64,000 nucleotides of DNA from Alphaproteobacteria bacterium HGW-Alphaproteobacteria-14 (lineage in GTDB: Bacteria > Pseudomonadota > Alphaproteobacteria > Sphingomonadales > Sphingomonadaceae): positions 6,691 to 70,690 of the forward strand of contig PHEL01000001.1 of NCBI GenBank assembly GCA_002842925.1, written 5' to 3'. The position numbers were made by a program, and so were the translations under genes. Positions 1-14,426 of this stretch are shown here, piece after piece. A model generated the notes under the pieces. The model was not told the DNA's origin. It ran no database searches and saw only the letters and a list, made by a program, of their open reading frames with translations. The number at the start of each line of letters is the position of its first letter. Within the stretch, counting starts at the first letter, position 1.

Positions 1-142
1 GTCGGGCAAGATCGCGAATTTGCTCGATGGAACAGACATAGCGATCCTCGATAGGGCAGCTTGAGCAACACGTCGGCTCGATCAAGCGCCTAAGCAAAGC
101 GTCGTTACAATCATCTTGTGGTCGAAATAGTGTATCGGCCAG

Positions 143-544
143 TTAGCGGCCAGCACCGCTCCCGGCGAGCACCTCGATCACTCTGCACTCGGCAACAGTG
201 CCGTGTTTGCAACTCTCGACCACTTTGGTGAGCTCTTTTCGAAGTGCTCTGAGATCGGTCAGCTTTGCTTCAACTTCGCGCAATTGGGCGCTGGCGATCT
301 TGTCGACCGTTTCACAAGGCTGGTCGGGATCATCCGCCATCGCCATGAGCTCCTTTACCTGAGACATCGAAAAGCCAAGTTTGCGCGAACGCTTTATGAA
401 GCGGAGGCGCGAAATTTCGTCCGGCCCGTAATCGCGATAATTGGACGATGTCCTCGGCGGCGGAGGCAGCAGCCCCTCCCTCTCGTAATAGCGGATGGTT
501 TCGGACTTGGTGCCAGTCGCACGTCCTGCTTCGCCAATTCTCAT
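143..544 (-). CDS. MerR-family divalent-metal regulator (CadR/PbrR/ZntR-like)
   Basis: MRIGEAGRATGTKSETIRYYEREGLL HTH, RLRFIKRSRKLGFS, three Cys (QPCETV, SCKHGTVAEC). Start moved to the ATG at 544. Confidence 0.9.
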   Translation of the reverse strand: MRIGEAGRATGTKSETIRYYEREGLLPPPPRTSSNYRDYGPDEISRLRFIKRSRKLGFSMSQVKELMAMADDPDQPCETVDKIASAQLREVEAKLTDLRALRKELTKVVESCKHGTVAECRVIEVLAGSGAGR

Positions 545-569
545 CTGCTCTCCGATACAGAAAACTTGC

Positions 570-591
570 TTGATCTTGTAGTTACTACAAG
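570..591 (+). promoter_or_regulatory. MerR-type operator/promoter facing the czc operon
   Basis: TTGATC (-35-like, 570-575) overlaps the inverted repeat CTTGTAG-TTA-CTACAAG (575-591), the typical CadR/PbrR operator form. The -10 is poor. Confidence 0.8.
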
Positions 592-694
592 GTGCAGGGC
601 TTGTCATCAGGACAGGAATTGAGCCCGACCAGCCTCGGAAATGATTACCCGAACGCTGGTCAAGCCGATGGTCTGTCAAGCACAGGAGTTACAG

Positions 695-1075
695 ATGATG
701 CGGGCAAATACCCGAGTTGAAGAGCTGCTACGACAAGAACGTGAGGCGTTCGGTGAGGCCCGACGAATAGGCGAGGTCTCAGCGGCCTGGGCCGCGCTGG
801 AACGCGAGCACATTATTGGCCAGCCCTACCTTGCGGCGCACTTTCGCTGCCACTTGTCGATGCTGGGCTTCGCTATCGAGCTGCGCGACTGGCGGGAACT
901 GCGCGGACAAATTCTCCGGCTGCTGCTCGCGCCACTGGGCAATGCATCGGGACGCTTGCCGATCGGCAATACTGGTCGCTCCAATGTCAGCGCCTTTGCA
1001 CCGATGGAAATCCCCGCCGATCTATCAGCAAAAATTGAAAACACGTCGCCCGATGCTGGAGAGAACTTACAATGA
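695..1075 (+). CDS. DUF3703 family protein
   Basis: AWAALEREHIIGQ...HFRCHLSML...RELRGQILRLLLAPLG...GRLPIGNTGRSNVSAFAPMEIP matches the family pattern; RBS CAGGAG before the ATG at 695. Confidence 0.8.
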   Translation: MMRANTRVEELLRQEREAFGEARRIGEVSAAWAALEREHIIGQPYLAAHFRCHLSMLGFAIELRDWRELRGQILRLLLAPLGNASGRLPIGNTGRSNVSAFAPMEIPADLSAKIENTSPDAGENLQ

Positions 1076-1737
1076 GTGTCCTGAGCAGTGCGGAGACGAG
1101 GAAACTCTATAACCGGATCGCGGGGGTCTATGATCTCTGCCTCAAGGCCTTCAATGCGGTGGGAACCAACCGATGGCGCTCGCAGCTTGTAGCGAATTTG
1201 CAGATCAGGCCCGGCGACCATGTCATCGACCTGTGCGCGGGAACAGGTGCGAACCTTCCCTATCTTGCAGAGAAACTTGGAGCCCAAGGTAAGCTCACTC
1301 TCGTCGATCTTTCGGAAGGGATGCTAACCAAGGCAAAAGAGCGCGCGGAGAGGCTGGGCCTGACGAACGTCGAAATCGTCCAGATGGATGTGAACGAGTT
1401 TCGATTTCCGCCAAAAGTCGATGCCATTATCAGCACGTTTGGGCTAGAAATGGTGCCCGCTTACCCGGCCATCATCGAGCGGGCCGTTGCTTCGCTGCGG
1501 CCGGACGGGCGCATCGGTCTGCTGGGACTGAAGCATCCCGAAAATTGGCCACTATGGGTGCTGCAAATCGGCATCTTGGTGACAAAGCCCTTCGGCGTTT
1601 CCCGCGACTACGAGGACTTCAAACCGTGGGTCGCTGCCCGAAACGCGGCCAGCCAAGTATGGTTTGAAGAACACCTCACAGGATCTGCCTATTCCTTTGT
1701 CGGGCAGCGCAAAGCGACATTGGCCGAGAAACAATAA
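1072..1737 (+). CDS. Class I SAM-dependent methyltransferase (UbiE/PmtA-like)
   Basis: Motif I VIDLCAGTG, then LVDLSEGML and VQMDV; ATGA overlap with the upstream gene. Confidence 0.85.
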   Translation: MSVLSSAETRKLYNRIAGVYDLCLKAFNAVGTNRWRSQLVANLQIRPGDHVIDLCAGTGANLPYLAEKLGAQGKLTLVDLSEGMLTKAKERAERLGLTNVEIVQMDVNEFRFPPKVDAIISTFGLEMVPAYPAIIERAVASLRPDGRIGLLGLKHPENWPLWVLQIGILVTKPFGVSRDYEDFKPWVAARNAASQVWFEEHLTGSAYSFVGQRKATLAEKQ

Positions 1738-1775
1738 TGCTTTTAACTTCAAGCCTTCTTCGCTACTCGCCCGCC

Positions 1776-2096
1776 ATGCGTTTTGTTTTCACTCTCTTCG
1801 CCGCGATGGCGATACTGGTTTCCGGCATCCATGCCGGGCCATCGGAGGCGCATGAAAATGATCCCACGCATGCCAGCGAGCATCACGCCCAAAGTGACGA
1901 TGACGATAGCGGTTCGGAAGACCCAACCAAAGGTGACCAGCACGGCTGCCATCACCATTGTCCAAGTGCCGCCGCGTCCAATCTCGGCAAACTGACATCG
2001 ACGCACGACTTTGCTAGCGCCCGTCTGGTGCCGTCGAAGACGTTCCCGCTTGGCTCAACAACGCGTGCACCGCCACTAACCCCTCCCAAGGCCTAA
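1776..2096 (+). CDS. CzcI/DUF2946-like secreted His/Cys-rich protein with C-terminal RAPP motif
   Basis: Signal peptide MRFVFTLFAAMAILVSGIHA, His/Asp-rich linker, HGCHHHC, and C-terminus TTRAPPLTPPKA; directly upstream of czcC. Confidence 0.75.
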   Translation: MRFVFTLFAAMAILVSGIHAGPSEAHENDPTHASEHHAQSDDDDSGSEDPTKGDQHGCHHHCPSAAASNLGKLTSTHDFASARLVPSKTFPLGSTTRAPPLTPPKA

Positions 2097-2159
2097 TTGT
2101 TCGCACCGCGCGCGGCCTGATCGCGCGCTCTGAAGCAATTTGCCAAGGGATGATTCCCC

Positions 2160-3388
2160 ATGAAATCGATAATTTGCGCTTCCCTGCTTGCCGGGGTCGC
2201 GGGGCTGTGGCCCGCAACACTTGCGGCGCAACAGCTGACACTTGACGAAGCGGTCGACAGGGCCGTCGCCTCCGCTCCTGAAATGGTCGCAGGACAGGCG
2301 ACAGTCGATGCCGCCCGCGCCGAAATCCGCCAGGCCGACGTGCGCCCCAACCCCACTGTGTCGGTCGAGGCCGAAAATTTCGTCGGCAGCGGTGGGTTCA
2401 GCGTGCTGGAACAACCTGAAGTCACAGTGACCTATGAGCAGCGCATCGAGCGCGGCGGCAAGCGCGAAGCCAGGCTGGGATACGCGTCGCGCGGCCTCGA
2501 CCTTGCTCAGGCAGAAGCTCGCCTGGCGCGGCTGGAGCTGGCGCAGCAAGTGCAGCGCGCCTTCATCGACATTCAAATTGCTGACCAAATGGTCTGGATA
2601 GCCGAGCGTCGGCTCGAGACGGAACGCGAAATGCAAACGGAAGCCCTGCGCCGCGTTCGCGGTTACCGAGACCCTCTGTTTGTCGAAACGCAGGCTGCAG
2701 CGCGTGTCACTTCGGCTGAACTCGCGCTTGAACAGGCTGAGGCCCGATCAGCCGCCGCCCGCAATCTGCTCGCCTCTTTCTGGGGCGGAGAGGGTGGCGG
2801 GCTTGAGGTGTCAGATGGCATAGAGAGACTGGCCAGCTTGCAAGGCGAACTGGCGCAGGCTGATGCGAATGTTCGCGAGGCAGCCGTAGCGCAAGCCAGC
2901 GCGGAAGTGGTGCTTGAGCAATCACGCGCCACTCAGGATTACACGATCGGCGGCGGCGTCCGTTTTCTGCGGGAAACCAACGATGTCGCTCTTGTCGCAG
3001 GCATTTCCATCCCGCTGGGCCGGTTCGATCGCAATGAAGGCAATATCGACCGTGCGCGCGCTGAACGTCGGCGGTTGGAGGCCGAAGCGGAAGCCGACCG
3101 CCTCGCGCGATTGCGCCGACTGGCGGCTTTGCGAGCCGAAGCCAGCGCTGCTGCGAGACGGGCAGATGGGCTGATGCATCAAGTCTATCCGCAAGCTGTC
3201 CGGACCCTTGAGCAGGTCCGCGAAGGCTACAATCGCGGAGGCTTCCGCTTTTCTGATGTCCAGGACGCCGCTGACACGATCATCCAAGTCCAGCAACAAT
3301 GGGCCGATGCGATGACGATGTTCCGCGACGCCCAATCCGAAATCGATCGACTGACCGGCCGCTTTGACGTGGCTGCGGAGACTCTCCC

Positions 3389-3392
<4 letters not shown>
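2160..3392 (+). CDS. czcC: TolC-family outer-membrane factor of a heavy-metal RND system
   Basis: Signal peptide, LTLDEAV...P, ADVRPNPTVSV, GISIPLGRFDRNEG; first gene of the C-B-A order. Confidence 0.88.
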
Positions 3393-8687
<5,295 letters not shown>

Positions 8688-8722
8688 CGACGGCATGACT
8701 TCCAGAGCGGTCTGGTCACACC

Positions 8723-9649
8723 TTATTCCATCGCCATCGGTGACATCATCCCAAGAACCGCAACCAGCCCAACCACGCCAACCGCCAGTCCAAACTCGCC
8801 GGCAAGACTGCGGCGCAAAGCTGCCAGCGAAGCGGGGCTATCATTGGCTTGGCTATTATTTGGCGAAGCTTCGCGCCGCCCGATCCGGGCATTGTGCGCC
8901 CCGAAGGCGAGCATGCCGCAGACCAGCACCAGCTTTCCTGCCAGCAAAATGCCATAATCGGTCGTCAGGACTGCAGCACTGTTCGTGATCCCAAAGATCA
9001 GTTGGACATTGGCCAGACCTGTAATGGCAACGACCGATACCAGCGTGATCCCCAGCGGCGCAAATCGGTGCATCACGCCCAGCAGGTTCCGCGCCTGAGC
9101 GTCATCGACTCGCCGATGCGCCCTGATGACAAGATGGAGAAACCAGCCGATGGCCCCCAGCCACAACCCGGCTGCAAGCAAATGCAGCCCATCATTGAGG
9201 CGATGAAACAGCCCCAATCCGCCCTCCGTCGCGGCGGCATGTCCGCTCCATGCGAGCGTGATGAGTGCGGAAGCGTAACACAGGGCAGCGATGGGCAACG
9301 CTGACGCCAGACGGTTGCGCAGCAAAAGTGCAATCAGGCCTCCTCCGAGCAGTGCCGCGCGAAAAAGGAAAGCCCAACCCAGATCGGTGCCAAAGATCAT
9401 CGTTTCGACCATCGGCCCTTCGAGCGCGGCGAGTGGCTGGCCCATCATCGCAGCGATCGAAGTCAGCATCAGGACGAGCGACACCAACGGTGCCAACACC
9501 GCACCCACCATCGCCACGGCAAAACCGTTTCCCCACTGCTGCAAATTCAGCTCGCGCAGGCCAATCACGCGGAACGCTGTCCACCCGAACAAGCCAAGCA
9601 GCAGTGCATAATGTAGAAACCGCAATCCCGGCTCGAGCCAGTCCTCCAT
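8723..9649 (-). CDS. copD: Copper resistance inner-membrane protein
   Basis: Multiple TM segments, AWSGHAAA, HLLAAGLWLG, TDYGILLAGKL; follows copC. Confidence 0.9.
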   Translation of the reverse strand: MEDWLEPGLRFLHYALLLGLFGWTAFRVIGLRELNLQQWGNGFAVAMVGAVLAPLVSLVLMLTSIAAMMGQPLAALEGPMVETMIFGTDLGWAFLFRAALLGGGLIALLLRNRLASALPIAALCYASALITLAWSGHAAATEGGLGLFHRLNDGLHLLAAGLWLGAIGWFLHLVIRAHRRVDDAQARNLLGVMHRFAPLGITLVSVVAITGLANVQLIFGITNSAAVLTTDYGILLAGKLVLVCGMLAFGAHNARIGRREASPNNSQANDSPASLAALRRSLAGEFGLAVGVVGLVAVLGMMSPMAME

Positions 9650-9656
9650 AAAGCGG

Positions 9657-10052
9657 TCAGCTGACGGTGAAGTTCACGGTGCCCGTCATCCGGTGCCCGT
9701 CGGCGCCGGCGGCCTGCCAGCGCACTTCATAGGTGCCAACACGCAAGGCTTGGCGCAGGTTGAGCGTCAAGGTCCGATTGCTATTCGACCAGGCGGTGGT
9801 GAAATTTCTGATCGTCATTTCGCCGTGGTTCGGCATGCCGGGCATTGCGGTCATGACGATGCTCGCAGCGGCGGTCGGCGGCAGTAGAGCCTCGCTATAC
9901 GTGATCGTTATAGAGCGCGGCCGCGCGACCGTTGCGCCTTCGGCTGGCGTTGACGCGGTGACGCGCGCGTGAGCGAATGCGGCAGTTGGCACGGCAGCCG
10001 ATAACAGGGCGAGGCTCATAGCGCCTATCGGGAGGATTTTGCGGAAATTCAT
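9657..10052 (-). CDS. copC: Periplasmic copper-binding protein
   Basis: Signal ending AFA-H, HARVTASTPAEG, Met-rich MTAMPGMPNHGEM, GADGHRMTG. Start moved to 10052. Confidence 0.92.
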   Translation of the reverse strand: MNFRKILPIGAMSLALLSAAVPTAAFAHARVTASTPAEGATVARPRSITITYSEALLPPTAAASIVMTAMPGMPNHGEMTIRNFTTAWSNSNRTLTLNLRQALRVGTYEVRWQAAGADGHRMTGTVNFTVS

Positions 10053-10084
10053 AGTGGTGTCCTTTGGGGGATGGAGTGAATATT

Positions 10085-11155
10085 TCAGAACCAGAAGCGA
10101 ATGCCGACGACGTAATTTGTCACGCTGGGATCTTCGCCCCGCCACCGCGCGAAATCGGCGCTGCCGCCGACGCGCCAGCTCTGCTCGATGCCGACATAGG
10201 GCGCGAATTCGCGAATGATTTCGTAGCGCAAGCGCAGGCCCACCTCGACCTTGTCGATACCTGCTCCAATGCCGAGCTCAGCCACATCTTGCGCCGACAG
10301 ACTGATTTCCCCGCGAGGCTGGAGGATCAGCCGCTGTGTAATGCGCTGATCAAGTTCGGCTTCGATCCGCGCAGTGATATCGCCGCGATGCGAGGCGAAC
10401 AGCGCGGCATCGACCTCGAACATATAGGGCGCGAGGCCCTGCACGCCGACAACCGCGTAGGTCGTGTCGGGTCCAGCTACATCCTGCCGCACGCCTGCCT
10501 GCACATCCCAGAAGGGCGCAATGGCACGCGAATAGAGCGCCTGAAACTCGGCATCCTCAATCGCTTCACCAAAACTGCCTTCGCCTTCAGTCTTAAACCA
10601 GAACCTCTCGGTCGTGCCGCCGTAATAGCCCTGCACATCCCACAGATAGCCGTCAGCCCCATCGCGGAATTGAACCTCGGCGCGGTCGGCCTGAAACCAG
10701 AAAACCGGGAAATCGCCGTGGGTTTGCTGCAATTCGCGCCGTGATGCCCGCATGGCATCAGCGCCCCAGATCGCATCGGCAGCGCGTGGCGGACCGCTCC
10801 CCGCCTCGGGCGGCGGCGGGGTTTCCATTGTGGGGCCGGGTGAAACCGAGGCCGTGCCATCGCCATCGGCCATTGCACCATGATCCATTGCGCCATGGTC
10901 CATAGCCGAATGGTCCATACCATCCATCGCGTCTTGTTGGGCTGGCGCAGTCTCAGCCGCCGCAGGCATGTCGTGGCCCGCATGCGGATGGACGGGTGGC
11001 GGGGTGACGGGTGGCGGGGTGACGGGCGAAGGCTCGGGAGCAGGCATAGCATGACCATCATGTCCGGCATGCTCGTCCTGGCTTTGCGCGAATGCCGGGG
11101 CAATGAGCGCAGACGCGGCAAGCATCGCCAGCGCGAAAGTAGCGATCCGGTTCAC
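10085..11155 (-). CDS. copB: Outer-membrane copper resistance protein B
   Basis: MDHSAMDHGAMDHGAM region, WDVQGYYGG, FWDVQAGVRQD, GLRLRYEIIREFAPYVG, terminal GIRFWF. Confidence 0.93.
   Translation of the reverse strand: MNRIATFALAMLAASALIAPAFAQSQDEHAGHDGHAMPAPEPSPVTPPPVTPPPVHPHAGHDMPAAAETAPAQQDAMDGMDHSAMDHGAMDHGAMADGDGTASVSPGPTMETPPPPEAGSGPPRAADAIWGADAMRASRRELQQTHGDFPVFWFQADRAEVQFRDGADGYLWDVQGYYGGTTERFWFKTEGEGSFGEAIEDAEFQALYSRAIAPFWDVQAGVRQDVAGPDTTYAVVGVQGLAPYMFEVDAALFASHRGDITARIEAELDQRITQRLILQPRGEISLSAQDVAELGIGAGIDKVEVGLRLRYEIIREFAPYVGIEQSWRVGGSADFARWRGEDPSVTNYVVGIRFWF
10991..11026. repeat. 15-bp perfect tandem repeat (about 2.4 copies) in copB, encoding VTPPP
   Basis: GACGGGTGGCGGGGT at 10991 and 11006, plus GACGGG at 11021. 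Confidence 0.9.
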
Positions 11156-13038
11156 GACGCTGCCTCAGGGCCGACCACGGTCACGGTCTGCATCATTCCG
11201 CCATGCATGTGATACATCAAATGGCAGTGGAAGGCCCAGTCTCCGGGCTCATTGGCGGTCAGGTCAAACTGCGCGCTTGCGCCCGGTTGAACGATGACGA
11301 CATTCTTGCGCGGTTGATGCGCAGCGCTTTCGCCATTCACCAGCTCGAAGAACATGCCGTGCAAATGGATGGGGTGCGCCATCATCGTGTTGTTGATGAG
11401 TTTCACCCGAACGCGTTCGTTCCAGGCAAAACGGATCGGCACATCGCTGACGGCCGAATACATCCGACCGTCGAACGACCACATATAGCGTTCCATATTG
11501 CCGGTGAGGTGCAGCTCAAGCAGCCGTGACGGCTCGCGCGAGACGATATTGGGCTCGAGGGCGGAAAGCATACGGTAGTTTAGCACCCGGTGCGGCACAT
11601 CGCGCAGCCCAAGGCCCGGATCGCCCATTTTGTCGACCGGTGCCATCGATACCATGTCGATGCCAGGGCCGATCGCGACATCGGGCGGCAACAGCGACGT
11701 ATCTCGCATGTTCATGCCCTCCATGCTCATGCCGCCCATCGCCATCCCGGCCATTGCGTCATCGGCCGCAGCTGCTGGCGCAGAATGGCCCATGGCCGAG
11801 TGATCCATGGCCGCCGCTCCCGCACCGGCAGCGCCGACTGGCGCAGCACTATCGGCAGGTGCGCTATGGTCCATGCCGCTGTGGTCCATACCCTCGGAAC
11901 CGTGGTTCATGCCCATGTCGCCCATCGTCAGCAGCGGCGGATCGCGCAGCGCTGGCACAGCCGCACGCGCGCCCGGACGGCTCGCCAGCGTGGCGAGCGC
12001 CATGCCCGATCGGTCCATCGACTCGGCCACGATCGAATAGGCCTCGGCGCTGCCCGCCGTGACAATTACATCATAGGTCTCGGCGGTGCCGATCTGGAAC
12101 TCGTCAACCTCGACGGGCCGGACATTTTGCCCGTCTGCGGCGATCACTGTCATCGGCAGGCCAGGAATTCGGACGTTGAAGAAGCTCTGCGCTGACCCGT
12201 TTATGATCCGCAACCGGATGCGTTCACCGGCGCGGAAAAGATATTCCATGCCCTCGGTCGGCCCGCGTCCATTGGCAAGGAAGGTGTAGGTCGGCGAACC
12301 GATATCCATGATATCGGTCGGCATCATTCGCATTTGCGCCCACATCCGGCGCTCTTCACTGGACATCGGATAGTCGTCGGTCCAGGTGTTTTGCTGGCGG
12401 TTGAAATAACCTTCGCCAGTGCGGAGGCGGTTCATGATGAAATGCGGATCGTGTGTGGTGAAGTCGCTCAGAAGCAGGATATAGTCGCGGTCATAAGCGA
12501 CCGGCTCCGCGCCTGCAGGGTCGATGATCATGGGACCATAGTGACCCGACTGCTCCTGAAGACCCGAATGGCTGTGATACCAATAGGTGCCCGCCTGGCG
12601 GACTGGGAACTGGTAAGCGAAAGTTTCATGCGGCTTGATGCCGGGAAAGCTGATGCCCGGCACACCATCCATCTGGAACGGCAAGAGCAGACCATGCCAG
12701 TGGATCGAGGTATCCGCATCGAGGTGGTTGGTAACGTTCAGGCGGACATTCTGACCCTCGCGCAGGCGGATAAGCGGACCCGGCACGCTGCCGTTCACGG
12801 CAATGCCGGGGCCTCGCCGACCCTCGACAATGCGGTGGCCGCTGCCGACAGTTAGGTCGATGACATCACCGCGCAGTTCGCCAAATCCCGCCGGGATTTG
12901 CGGTCCACCACGTCCGTGGCTGCCGCCGTGGACACTATGGCCCTGCGCCCAAGCAGGGATCGCGAGCATGGATGCACCGACACCCAAACCGCCCAAAAGA
13001 GTCCTTCGCGAAACTTGATTCGTCATTGTCTTGCTCAT
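11152..13038 (-). CDS. copA: Tat-exported multicopper oxidase (CopA/PcoA)
   Basis: SRRTLL Tat motif; copper ligands IHWHG, WYHSH, HPIHLHG, HCHLMYHM; Met/His-rich insert. Confidence 0.96.
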   Translation of the reverse strand: MSKTMTNQVSRRTLLGGLGVGASMLAIPAWAQGHSVHGGSHGRGGPQIPAGFGELRGDVIDLTVGSGHRIVEGRRGPGIAVNGSVPGPLIRLREGQNVRLNVTNHLDADTSIHWHGLLLPFQMDGVPGISFPGIKPHETFAYQFPVRQAGTYWYHSHSGLQEQSGHYGPMIIDPAGAEPVAYDRDYILLLSDFTTHDPHFIMNRLRTGEGYFNRQQNTWTDDYPMSSEERRMWAQMRMMPTDIMDIGSPTYTFLANGRGPTEGMEYLFRAGERIRLRIINGSAQSFFNVRIPGLPMTVIAADGQNVRPVEVDEFQIGTAETYDVIVTAGSAEAYSIVAESMDRSGMALATLASRPGARAAVPALRDPPLLTMGDMGMNHGSEGMDHSGMDHSAPADSAAPVGAAGAGAAAMDHSAMGHSAPAAAADDAMAGMAMGGMSMEGMNMRDTSLLPPDVAIGPGIDMVSMAPVDKMGDPGLGLRDVPHRVLNYRMLSALEPNIVSREPSRLLELHLTGNMERYMWSFDGRMYSAVSDVPIRFAWNERVRVKLINNTMMAHPIHLHGMFFELVNGESAAHQPRKNVVIVQPGASAQFDLTANEPGDWAFHCHLMYHMHGGMMQTVTVVGPEAAS

Positions 13039-13057
13039 CCTTTAGTAAGCTGATACT

Positions 13058-13074
13058 ATACCCCCCTATGGTAT
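13058..13074. promoter_or_regulatory. CsoR/RcnR-type operator between divergent copA and csoR
   Basis: ATACC-CCCCTAT-GGTAT: inverted repeat around a C-tract. Confidence 0.8.
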
Positions 13075-13095
13075 TGCAAGGGATAAGAGGAATCG

Positions 13096-13368
13096 ATGAC
13101 GAAAGACAAGACAGCCATTCTCAATCGGCTCAGCCGGATTGAGGGCCAGGTGCGCGGCGTGGGCCAGATGGTCGCGGACGAGCGCTATTGCATCGATATC
13201 CTGCATCAGGTGCAGGCCGTGAAAGCTGCCCTTTCAAAGGCAGAGAGTGAAATTCTGAAAGATCACGCGGCATGCTGCGTTTCCGAAGCGATCGCATCGG
13301 GCGATACGGCCGAGCAGCGCGTGAAGTTCAACGAGCTGATCGACCTGTTCGAGAAGGTCAAACGATGA
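13096..13368 (+). CDS. csoR: Copper-sensing repressor, CsoR family
   Basis: RLSRIEGQVRGV, YCIDILHQ, HAACCV (C-H-C ligand set). Confidence 0.93.
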   Translation: MTKDKTAILNRLSRIEGQVRGVGQMVADERYCIDILHQVQAVKAALSKAESEILKDHAACCVSEAIASGDTAEQRVKFNELIDLFEKVKR

Positions 13369-13460
13369 CCGCAGCCAAGACCGAAGCCAAGACCGTCACC
13401 CTTTACCGCATGGTGATGGCCCTGCGGATGCCGCTAGCGCCCATGGGAGATACGCAATGA
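13365..13460 (+). pseudogene. 31-codon in-frame deletion remnant of a glutaredoxin-MauE/DoxX-type gene
   Basis: MTAAKTEAKTVTLYRMVM joined directly to ALRMPLAPMGDTQ; ATGA-coupled to csoR and to DUF305. The two halves resemble the N- and C-termini of the gene usually found at this position (recalled, not searched). Confidence 0.6.
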
Positions 13461-13966
13461 CCTACACCCGTTTTCTCGCGATGATCGCAACCTCGACTGT
13501 TGTGATGTTCGGCCTGATGTATCTGAACACCTACGCGCTCGACCATATCTTCTACAGTCAGACGCGTACCTGGATGGCTGTCTATATGGGCGCTGTCATG
13601 GCGATCATCATGCTCGCCTTTATGTGGAAGATGTATGACGGAACATCCAAGAAGCTGACAATTGTCGGGGCATCACTGCTTGTTTTTGCAGGCTCGCTCT
13701 ATCTCGTCCGCAGTCAGGAGACGGTCGATGATGTGAGCTATATGCGGGCGATGATCCCGCACCATTCAATCGCAATCATGACCAGCGAGCGCGCGAAAAT
13801 CCGCGATCCACGCGTTCGTGCTTTGGCGGATGACATCATCGAGGCACAAGTCAGGGAAATTGCCGAGATGAAGCGGCTGATCGCCGATCTGGAGGCTCAG
13901 CCACTTCCCTCGGATGCCCCCATTTTGCCGGCGGTGCCAGTGCAAAGCACGGAAACGGGAAATTGA
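13457..13966 (+). CDS. DUF305 (CopM-like, ferritin-like) membrane-anchored protein
   Basis: Three N-terminal TM helices, then YMRAMIPHHSIAIMTS...IIEAQVREIAEM. Confidence 0.85.
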   Translation: MTYTRFLAMIATSTVVMFGLMYLNTYALDHIFYSQTRTWMAVYMGAVMAIIMLAFMWKMYDGTSKKLTIVGASLLVFAGSLYLVRSQETVDDVSYMRAMIPHHSIAIMTSERAKIRDPRVRALADDIIEAQVREIAEMKRLIADLEAQPLPSDAPILPAVPVQSTETGN

Positions 13967-14346
13967 TGGCAAAAGGCAGCAAAAGCCAAGCCGAGGCTGT
14001 TCCGCACAGCGATACGCCTGATGAAATGTCCGAAATTCGTCAGCGTTCGCTCGCAAGGTGGGACAATGAGGGGGGCGCGATTGCCTCTATCGCTGAGATT
14101 GCTGCGGATGCTGTCCCTGAAATGACCAACACTGAGCTGGTTCATCTGCGTATCCGGGTCATCGCGCTTGAAAATCTAATGATCGCTGTTCTGGCAGAGG
14201 GATCGGAGCAGCAGCGCCAGATGGCGCGCGATATGGCCGCTCTCATTACACCTCGGCCAGGATACACCCAGCATCCGCTGACCATTCATGCAGCCGATCA
14301 CATCACTGATCTGGTTGGACGCGCAGACCGCTTTCGCACGGGCTGA
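13963..14346 (+). CDS. Hypothetical protein in the CsoR operon
   Basis: Start overlaps the DUF305 stop; contains SLARWDNEGGA and LVHLRIRVIALENL...HPLT. Confidence 0.65.
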   Translation: MMAKGSKSQAEAVPHSDTPDEMSEIRQRSLARWDNEGGAIASIAEIAADAVPEMTNTELVHLRIRVIALENLMIAVLAEGSEQQRQMARDMAALITPRPGYTQHPLTIHAADHITDLVGRADRFRTG

Positions 14347-14426
14347 CACCGCAAAGCCTGCGCTTATCCCGGAAGGAACAGCCGCGTGGTCGCACCCAGA
14401 CACCAGCTTCACCAAGGGAGATAGAC

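Noticed and set aside
1-142. Possible 3' end of a gene at the window start
   Set aside because: Only about 20 codons in either candidate frame and no recognisable motif.
545-679. N-terminal extension of the MerR ORF in the track
   Set aside because: It runs across the operator; the family N-terminus (MRIGE) starts at 544.
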